64,000 nt of DNA from Thermodesulfobacteriota bacterium (GTDB lineage: Bacteria > Desulfobacterota > Desulfobacteria > Desulfobacterales > SURF-7): positions 84,376 to 148,375 of the forward strand of contig JBMORA010000017.1 of assembly GCA_049320885.1 (NCBI GenBank), written 5' to 3'. Shown here piece after piece: positions 57,313-64,000 of the stretch. A program made the translations under genes and the position numbers. The notes under the pieces are model-generated. The model searched no databases. It saw nothing but the letters and a program-made list of their open reading frames with translations, and had not been told where the DNA came from. Positions within the stretch are counted from its first letter, which is position 1. Every line of letters begins with the position of its first letter.

Positions 57313-58383
57313 TTGGCCGACGAGAGTTTTCAAGAAAAAACAGAAGAAGCGACTCCCAAGAAGCGTGAAAAAACGCGCGAGGAGGGGCAGGTTGCAAGGA
57401 GCGTGGAAATCGCCTCGGTTTTTGTCCTGCTGGCCGGGGTCCTCATGTTGTACGGACTCGGGAGTTTTTCCTACCGGAATTTCATGGAAACCCTGCGCGG
57501 CGGATTGTCGCTGACCGCCATCCCTTCCTTTGATTCTCCATATGTGATGCAGGTATTGTATTCCGTCTCCCTCCGTTTTTTAATGTTCGTGTCCCCCATA
57601 TTCCTGGCCATCTTCATTATCGCGCTGGTCAGCAATTTCCTCCAGGTCGGTTTCATGATTTCCTCCAAGGCCATTGAACCGAAATGGAACCGGCTCAGCC
57701 TGATCGCCGGATTCGGGCGGCTTTTTTCCATGCGATCCGTGGTGGAGGCGGTGAAAGCGGTGCTGAAACTGTGCATCATCGGCGTGGTGTCCTATTTGAT
57801 CGTGCGGCGGGAATTGGATCGCATCACGGGTCTGTACACCCTCGGCGTGGGGGAGATTCTGCTGTATCTGGTAAAAATCGCTTTCAAAATCTTCATCTGG
57901 GTGATCCTGGTGATGATGGCCCTGGCCTTGCTGGATTATCTCTATCAGCGCTGGCAGTTCGAACAGCAGATCAAAATGACCAAACAGGAAATCAAGGATG
58001 AATTCAAACAATCGGAAGGGGATCCCCAGGTGAAATCCCGCATCCGCAGCCTCCAGCAGCAGGCGGCCAGGAAACGGATGATGCAGGAAGTGCCCAAGGC
58101 CGACGTGATCGTCACCAACCCCACCCATCTGGCGCTGGCGATCCGCTACGACGCCCTGACCATGAGCGCGCCCCGGATCACTGCCAAAGGCGCGGGCCTT
58201 TTGGCTCAACGGATCAAGGCCGTGGCCATGGAACACGCTGTCCCCGTCGTGGAAAACAAAGAATTGGCTCAAAACTTGTATAAGCTAGTGGATATCGGCG
58301 AGGAAGTCCCCAGTCAGTTTTTCAAGGCCGTGGCGGAGTTGCTTGCCTATGTTTATAGATTAAAAGGAAAAACAATAGGTTGA
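57313..58383 (+). CDS. flhB: Flagellar export switch protein FlhB
   Basis: EKTEEATPKK; KMTKQEIKDE.KQSEGDP; NPTH autocleavage motif; TTG start after ggagg. Confidence 0.96.
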   Translation: MADESFQEKTEEATPKKREKTREEGQVARSVEIASVFVLLAGVLMLYGLGSFSYRNFMETLRGGLSLTAIPSFDSPYVMQVLYSVSLRFLMFVSPIFLAIFIIALVSNFLQVGFMISSKAIEPKWNRLSLIAGFGRLFSMRSVVEAVKAVLKLCIIGVVSYLIVRRELDRITGLYTLGVGEILLYLVKIAFKIFIWVILVMMALALLDYLYQRWQFEQQIKMTKQEIKDEFKQSEGDPQVKSRIRSLQQQAARKRMMQEVPKADVIVTNPTHLALAIRYDALTMSAPRITAKGAGLLAQRIKAVAMEHAVPVVENKELAQNLYKLVDIGEEVPSQFFKAVAELLAYVYRLKGKTIG

Positions 58384-58493
58384 AAGTGATTTGGCCGCGC
58401 GGATGATCCGGAAATTCAAGGTTCCATGTCATAGTTTCAACAGGCGTGTCAAAAAACAGTCGTCGGGAATCGTTCCGGCGTCAAGGAGGCGGA

Positions 58494-60593
58494 ATGGCGG
58501 GTGAGCGCAAGGGGTTTATCGGCACCATACTCCGGGATTCAACGGATATCGGCATGATCATCGCCGTCATCGGCATCCTGATGGCCATGCTGATCCCCAT
58601 GCCGGCCATCTTGCTGGATCTGATGCTGGCCATGAACATCACCCTGTCCGTCATCGTTCTGATCACCACCATGTATACGGTCACGCCCCTGGAATTTTCC
58701 ATCTTTCCATCCATGCTGCTGGTGTTGACCCTGTTCCGGTTGTCCCTCAACGTGGCCTCCACGCGTCTGATCCTGCTGTACGGACACGAGGGGCCCGAGG
58801 CGGCCGGCTCGGTGATCAAATCCTTCGGCAGTTTCGTGGTGGGCGGCAATTATGTCATTGGCTTGATCATTTTCATGATTCTGGTGCTGATCAATTTCAT
58901 CGTCATCACCAAAGGCTCGGGTCGCATCGCCGAGGTCGCGGCCCGGTTCACGCTGGACGGCATGCCCGGCAAGCAGATGGCCATCGACGCGGACCTGAAT
59001 GCGGGCCTGATCGATGAAAACGAAGCCAGGGCACGCCGCAAGGAAGTCGCCAGCGAGGCCGAGTTCCACGGGGCCATGGACGGCGCCAGCAAATTCGTCC
59101 GGGGAGACGCCATCGCCGGCATTGTCATCACCATCATCAATATCATCGCCGGGTTCATCATCGGGGTCTTTCAACAGAACATGGTCATCGCGGAAGCGGC
59201 CCGGAATTACACCCTGCTCACCGTGGGAGACGGGCTGGTGGCCCAGATACCGGCCCTGATCATTTCCACCGCGGCCGGCATCCTGGTCTCCCGGGCCGCC
59301 AGTGAAAACAGCATGGGCAAGGAGTTCGGCAAGCATATTTTCGCCAACGCCACGCCGATTTATATCAGCGCCTTCATCGTTTTCCTGATCGGCCTGGTTC
59401 CCGGCCTGCCGGCCATGCCGTTCATGACCCTGGCGCTGCTCATCGGTGGTGGCATGTATCTGATCAAACGGGGGAAACCGGCTGAGGGGGAGGTGCCCGC
59501 GGCGGGGGCTGCGCCCGCGGAAGGCGCCGAACCGGCGGGCCCCGAGGAAGTCGAGCATCTGCTGACCCTGGATACCATGGAACTCGAAGTCGGCTATGGG
59601 TTGATTCCCCTGGTGGACAAGGAGCAGGATGGCACCCTGCTGGGCCGGATCCGGGCGATCCGCCGGCAGTTCGCCACGGAGATGGGTATCATCGTTCCGG
59701 CCATCCATATCCGGGACAATTTGAAACTGCGGCCTTCCGAATACCGTATGCTGATCAAGGGTGTTGAAATGGCCAAGGCGGAATTGATGGTGAACCATCT
59801 TCTGGCCATGGACCCCGGCGGCGTGACCCGCACCATCGAGGGGATTCCCACGGTGGAGCCTGCCTTCCGGTTGCCGGCTCTCTGGATTCCTCCGGAAAAA
59901 GAGGAGGATGCGAAATTCAGCGGGTATACGGTGGTGGACAATGCCACGGTGATTGCAACGCATATCACCGAGATCATCCGCAACAACGCGGCGGATCTGC
60001 TGGGGAAACAGGAAACCCAGCATTTACTGGAAAATCTTTCCAAAACCCATCCCAAGGCGGTGGAGGAATTGGTCCCCGCCCTGCTGCCCCTCGGCATCGT
60101 CCAGAAGGTATTGCAGAATCTGCTGCGGGAACGGGTTTCCATTCGCGATCTGCTCACCATCGTTGAAACCCTGGCCGATTATGCGCCCATGAGCAAGGAT
60201 GCGGATCTGTTGACGGAATATGTCCGGCAGAAGCTGGGCCGGTCGATTCTGGAGCCCTATGTGCAGGAGGGCGGCGTCCTGCAGGTCATCACCGTCGACC
60301 CGGCCGTGGAGGAGACGCTTTCCAAAGGGATCCAGCATTCGGAGCACGGTTTGTATCTGGCGGTGGAACCCAGGATCGTCGAATCCATCATTCGGTCCAT
60401 CAAGGAGGAAGTCGAAAAATTCATGGAAGTGAGCGTTCAGCCGATCATTCTCTGCTCGCCCCTGCTGCGAAGGCATCTGCGGAAAATCATCGAACAGTTC
60501 GCCGCTTCCGTTTTTGTGCTGTCCCACGCCGAAATATCGCAAAACATCCGGATACAATCCATCGGGAAGGTAATGTTGAAGCATGGCGCCTAA
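58494..60593 (+). CDS. flhA: Flagellar export ATPase-docking protein FlhA
   Basis: RIAEVAARFTLDGMPGKQMAIDADLNAG; GAMDGASKFVRGDAIAG; ATG at 58494 after aaggagg. Confidence 0.97.
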   Translation: MAGERKGFIGTILRDSTDIGMIIAVIGILMAMLIPMPAILLDLMLAMNITLSVIVLITTMYTVTPLEFSIFPSMLLVLTLFRLSLNVASTRLILLYGHEGPEAAGSVIKSFGSFVVGGNYVIGLIIFMILVLINFIVITKGSGRIAEVAARFTLDGMPGKQMAIDADLNAGLIDENEARARRKEVASEAEFHGAMDGASKFVRGDAIAGIVITIINIIAGFIIGVFQQNMVIAEAARNYTLLTVGDGLVAQIPALIISTAAGILVSRAASENSMGKEFGKHIFANATPIYISAFIVFLIGLVPGLPAMPFMTLALLIGGGMYLIKRGKPAEGEVPAAGAAPAEGAEPAGPEEVEHLLTLDTMELEVGYGLIPLVDKEQDGTLLGRIRAIRRQFATEMGIIVPAIHIRDNLKLRPSEYRMLIKGVEMAKAELMVNHLLAMDPGGVTRTIEGIPTVEPAFRLPALWIPPEKEEDAKFSGYTVVDNATVIATHITEIIRNNAADLLGKQETQHLLENLSKTHPKAVEELVPALLPLGIVQKVLQNLLRERVSIRDLLTIVETLADYAPMSKDADLLTEYVRQKLGRSILEPYVQEGGVLQVITVDPAVEETLSKGIQHSEHGLYLAVEPRIVESIIRSIKEEVEKFMEVSVQPIILCSPLLRRHLRKIIEQFAASVFVLSHAEISQNIRIQSIGKVMLKHGA

Positions 60594-61743
60594 ACGATAT
60601 CAGACCAGAACCATCCAGGAGGCCATCGGCAAGATCAAGAAGGAGATGGGCCCGGATGCGATCATCCTGTCCACCCGCCGGATCGCCGGCTCCGGACAGA
60701 GCCGAAACGATCACGGCCTTTTTGAAGTGACGGCGGCCCCGAAGGATTGCCCGCCAGCCATTACCCGATTCCCTTCCATGGAAAGCCTGGAAAAATCCAC
60801 CGGCGTCATGGGGGATGGCGGCGATGACGCCTTCCTGTTTCGAGCCAGCCAGCAACATGGCACCATCCGCGAGGAATTGTTTCAGATCAAGGATATGCTG
60901 TTCCTGCTGAATCAGGCCGGCGGGTGGCCGGACGTTTTTCGAAATTATCCGGAATTATTGGAATTTTATGCCGGACTGATCCGGATCGGTTTATCCGGCG
61001 AGCGGGCCCAATGGTTCATCCAGCGGGTCGTCCGGACGGACGCGGCCCAAGAACTTTCCGCCGGGGAGATCCGGAAACGGGTATTGAGCGACATCGCACG
61101 CACGATCATCACGGCCGATCCTTTCCAGACGAATTCATCCTCCCGCGAGGACGACGGGCGGAAAATCGTCAGTTTCATCGGCCCGACCGGAGTCGGTAAA
61201 ACCACAACCATCGCCAAGCTGGCGGCGGATTTGAGCCTGAAGCGCAAACAAAAAGTGGGGCTGGTGTCCATCGACAGCTACCGCATCGGCGCCATTGAAC
61301 AGTTGAAAACCTATGCCGCCATTATCGGCCTGCCCTGCATGTCCGCTTTCAATACCCAGGATGTCCGGACGGCGGCGCGGAAAATGCAGAACAAGGATGT
61401 CATTTTGATCGATACGGCCGGTCAAAGTCATCTGGACCGGAAACGGCTGATGGAACTGGCGCATCTGCTGGACTGCGATCCGAAAATATCCAGCCAGCTG
61501 GTCATCAGCGCCACCACCCGCCGGCCGGACATGAAAACGGCCGTGGAGCGATTCGCGGTGTTGAAACCCAAAACCTATATTTTTACCAAATTGGATGAAA
61601 CCGGTCAGAGGGGCGGCATCATCGACCAGCTGCTGGATTTCCGGATGCCGATTTCCTACGTCACCAACGGCCAGAATGTCCCGGAAGACATTCTGCCCGC
61701 GAGCCGGCAGAACGTATCCCGGCTGATATTCAATCGGATGTAA
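60583..61743 (+). CDS. flhF: SRP-type GTPase FlhF
   Basis: GPTGVGKTTTIAKLAA; DSYRIGA; DTAG; TKLDE; GQNVPED. Confidence 0.95.
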   Translation: MAPKRYQTRTIQEAIGKIKKEMGPDAIILSTRRIAGSGQSRNDHGLFEVTAAPKDCPPAITRFPSMESLEKSTGVMGDGGDDAFLFRASQQHGTIREELFQIKDMLFLLNQAGGWPDVFRNYPELLEFYAGLIRIGLSGERAQWFIQRVVRTDAAQELSAGEIRKRVLSDIARTIITADPFQTNSSSREDDGRKIVSFIGPTGVGKTTTIAKLAADLSLKRKQKVGLVSIDSYRIGAIEQLKTYAAIIGLPCMSAFNTQDVRTAARKMQNKDVILIDTAGQSHLDRKRLMELAHLLDCDPKISSQLVISATTRRPDMKTAVERFAVLKPKTYIFTKLDETGQRGGIIDQLLDFRMPISYVTNGQNVPEDILPASRQNVSRLIFNRM

Positions 61744-61836
61744 GGACTTGCCGGAAGAAAACGGGGAACGGTGACTTCGGTTCGGAATTGGATGATCACC
61801 ATTGGTTGTAACCAGATCATGTGAGGGAGATAACTC

Positions 61837-62787
61837 GTGGATCAGGCACAAGGTTTGAGAAAAATCGTGGAAACAAGAGCCATGGATACAAGACGAAGGG
61901 CCGTGTCCGGAGAAGCGGCAGGCCATTCCGTTCTGCACGCCCCCCGGGTGATTTCCGTTACCAGCGGGAAGGGCGGTGTCGGTAAAACCAATATTGTCGG
62001 GAATTTGGCGGTGGCGTTCGCCCGCATGGGGAAAAAGGTGCTGATCTTCGATGCGGACCTCGGGCTGGCCAACATTGATATTATTTTCGGCCTGAGCCCT
62101 GCTTACCACATGGGGCATGTCATCGACGGCGAAAAATCCCTTCAGGAAGTGATGGTGGAGGGCCCGGAAGGCATCCGTATCCTTCCGGCCGGGTCGGGGA
62201 TCGCGGAACTGACCCATCTGACGGAAGGACAGAAGTTGAACCTGCTCAGCGAATTCGAGGCCCTGGATGAAAAACTGGATATTTTTTTAATCGATACCGG
62301 GGCCGGCATTTCCTCGAATGTCATCTATTTCAATCTGGCGGCGGACGAATGCATCATCGTCGTGACGGATGAACCCACCTCCATCACCGATGCGTATGCC
62401 ATGATCAAGGTGATGTTCACGCAGCACGGCACCAAGCATTTCAAACTCCTGGTGAATATGGTAAAAGACAGTATGGCCGCCAAATCCGTATATGAAAATT
62501 TAAGCTATGTGGCGGACCGTTTTTTGAATGGGGTTCTGCTGGAATACATCGGTTACATCCCCGGTGACGAATTGATGAAAAAGGCGGTGCTGAGCCGCAA
62601 ACCGATCATGAGTCTCTACCCGGGAGCGGAATCGAGCAAACAGTTCAATAAGCTGGCGGCCGGCATCCTGGAGTCTCCCCGGAGGCATGAATCGGACGGC
62701 AATATGAAATTTTTTCTTCAACGGTTTATCGGTTTCCGTTCCTCCCAAATGGGGAAAAGACAATTACGGATCACGAATTACGAGTGA
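61837..62787 (+). CDS. flhG: MinD-like ATPase FlhG (FleN)
   Basis: MDQAQGLR; TSGKGGVGKT; DADLGLAN; DTGAG; EPTSITDAY. Confidence 0.95.
   Translation: MDQAQGLRKIVETRAMDTRRRAVSGEAAGHSVLHAPRVISVTSGKGGVGKTNIVGNLAVAFARMGKKVLIFDADLGLANIDIIFGLSPAYHMGHVIDGEKSLQEVMVEGPEGIRILPAGSGIAELTHLTEGQKLNLLSEFEALDEKLDIFLIDTGAGISSNVIYFNLAADECIIVVTDEPTSITDAYAMIKVMFTQHGTKHFKLLVNMVKDSMAAKSVYENLSYVADRFLNGVLLEYIGYIPGDELMKKAVLSRKPIMSLYPGAESSKQFNKLAAGILESPRRHESDGNMKFFLQRFIGFRSSQMGKRQLRITNYE
62761..62782 (+). repeat. AATTACG heptamer array, copy 3 (flhG-fliA junction)
   Basis: c-aattacg-gatcacg-aattacg, preceded by aaga as in copy 2. Confidence 0.8.
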
Positions 62788-63548
62788 TGGTATTTCAATA
62801 CGAACAAGCCGGCGAAACCGGAAACGGTGTATTCGATTCCCGGACGCGGGAAGCGATGATCGTCAAGTACGCCTATCTGGTCAAGCGCATTGCCGGCAGA
62901 ATGGCTTCCCGGTTGCCGTCCAGCGTCATGATGGATGAACTGGTCAGCGCCGGTTGCATCGGGTTGATCGACGCCATCGATAAATATGACCCGCAAAAGG
63001 AAGTCAATCTGCAGACCTACGCCGAGTACCGGATCAAAGGCGCCATCCTGGACGAGCTGCGGAATATGGATTGGTATTCCCGATCCATGCGCAAGAAAAT
63101 CCGTGATATCGAGAAGGCCATCGCCACCGTCGAATCCCGGGCGGGACGCGGAGCCGATGACCAGGAGATCGCCGACGAACTCGGTATCGAACTGGAACAA
63201 TACTACAAATACCTGACGGATATTCATGGCACGGCAATGCTCAGCCTGGATGAATTCATCCGCAACCAGGACAACGAAACGCTTTCCCAGAAACGATTTC
63301 AGGATAAAATACGCAGCCAGGACGACCCGTCCGGAAATTTCGCCCGGGAGGAAATGAAACAGGTGGTCGCCAAAGCCATCACCAACCTTTCGGAAAAAGA
63401 ACAGCTGGTCATTTCCTTGTATTATCATGACGAACTCACCTTGAATGAAATCGGAAAAGTATTGAAACTGACCGAATCACGGATTTGCCAGATCCATACG
63501 ACGGCGTTGATCAAGCTGAGGAACAAGCTCAAGGCGTTTTATGAATAA
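62784..63548 (+). CDS. fliA: Flagellar sigma factor FliA (sigma28)
   Basis: GLIDAIDKYDP; TYAEYRIKGAILDELR..DW; LTLNEIGKVL.LTESRICQIH. Start is GTG 62784 or ATG 62787. Confidence 0.96.
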   Translation: MMVFQYEQAGETGNGVFDSRTREAMIVKYAYLVKRIAGRMASRLPSSVMMDELVSAGCIGLIDAIDKYDPQKEVNLQTYAEYRIKGAILDELRNMDWYSRSMRKKIRDIEKAIATVESRAGRGADDQEIADELGIELEQYYKYLTDIHGTAMLSLDEFIRNQDNETLSQKRFQDKIRSQDDPSGNFAREEMKQVVAKAITNLSEKEQLVISLYYHDELTLNEIGKVLKLTESRICQIHTTALIKLRNKLKAFYE

Positions 63549-63590
63549 GAACCATTCGGGATGACAGCGGGAGTGATCCGGAGCCGACAG

Positions 63591-64000
63591 ATGGCCGAAA
63601 TCCACCAACCAGATTCAGCGACGACCCAATTCTCCCAGGAGGATATCGATGCCCTGCTCCGGGGCGTTTCCCAAGAAATGACGGCGGTGGAGGAGATCGA
63701 CGCGGGGCAACCGGAAAGCCAGGAATCCGTGACCCTGGAGGAGATCGACCGGTTGTTGGACATTGCCCTGGAAAAGGCTGAGGAAATCGAGAGTTCCCTA
63801 AATGGTAAAGCCGTCGCCGCCGGGCCGCCGGTATCCCAGGACGACATCGACGCGTTGTTTTCCGGGGGAGTATCGCCGGCGGAGGAAGCAGCGCCGGCGA
63901 GGGCCGTGGAACCGGAGTCGGGGCCGGTATCCCAGGAGGACATCGACGCGTTGTTTTCCGGGGGAGTTTCGCCGGCGGAGGAAGCGGTGCCGGCGAGGGC
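63591..64000 (+). CDS. Acidic repeat protein with several SQxDIDALx motifs (runs off the window end; absent from the ORF track)
   Basis: Manual translation from ATG 63591 (ggag SD): MAEIHQPDSATTQFSQEDIDALLRGVSQEMTAVEEIDAGQPESQESVTLEEIDRLLD...PVSQDDIDALFSGG...PVSQEDIDALFSGG...; no stop before 64000. Confidence 0.85.
   Translation, partial: MAEIHQPDSATTQFSQEDIDALLRGVSQEMTAVEEIDAGQPESQESVTLEEIDRLLDIALEKAEEIESSLNGKAVAAGPPVSQDDIDALFSGGVSPAEEAAPARAVEPESGPVSQEDIDALFSGGVSPAEEAVPAR
63828..64000 (+). repeat. 96-bp (32-aa) in-frame tandem repeat, at least 1.8 copies
   Basis: Unit PVSQ[DE]DIDALFSGGVSPAEEA[AV]PARAVEPESG starts at 63828 and 63924 and is nearly identical at the DNA level. Confidence 0.9.

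Noticed and set aside
58539..60023. 494-aa minus-strand ORF (and similar shadows at 31908-33353, 29254-30465, 20711-22018)
   Set aside because: Each lies antisense to a clearly identified gene (flhA, kinases, SDR).

Overview
A GC-rich (roughly 60%) bacterial chromosome segment. Gene content suggests an anaerobic Desulfobacterota/deltaproteobacterium (inference: MCP-hemerythrin fusion, choice-of-anchor-U-like surface protein, flagellar gene order, many PAS hybrid kinases). From left to right it holds: a membrane dCache-Schlafen/AlbA_2 fusion; a FecR/OmpA/CHASE2-kinase triad; an AraC-M24-DUF362 unit; a vapBC module; an orphan solute-binding protein; a LysR/C-GCAxxG-C-C pair; a lipid-modification cluster resembling the furan fatty acid (Ufa) pathway, with a DUF1365-methyltransferase fusion; about 20 kb of minus-strand signalling genes (CheA, hybrid kinases, CheB/CheR-PAS-PocR fusion, NarL-type two-component system, MCP-hemerythrin); a sigma54-driven LPP20/FlgP-like lipoprotein plus two Ig/PKD-repeat proteins; and, divergently, a flagellar operon (motA, two motB paralogs, fliLMNOPQR, flhBAFG, fliA) ending in a truncated ORF of SQxDIDALx repeats. 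Top leads: the Cache-Schlafen receptor, a MotB paralog lacking the essential Asp, the multivalent EIDAL-repeat protein, AATTACG heptamer arrays at flagellar gene junctions, the flagellum-linked Ig-repeat operon, and the Ufa-like cluster. I saw no rRNA, tRNA, CRISPR array or transposase. All family calls are motif recognition by eye; no database search was run.
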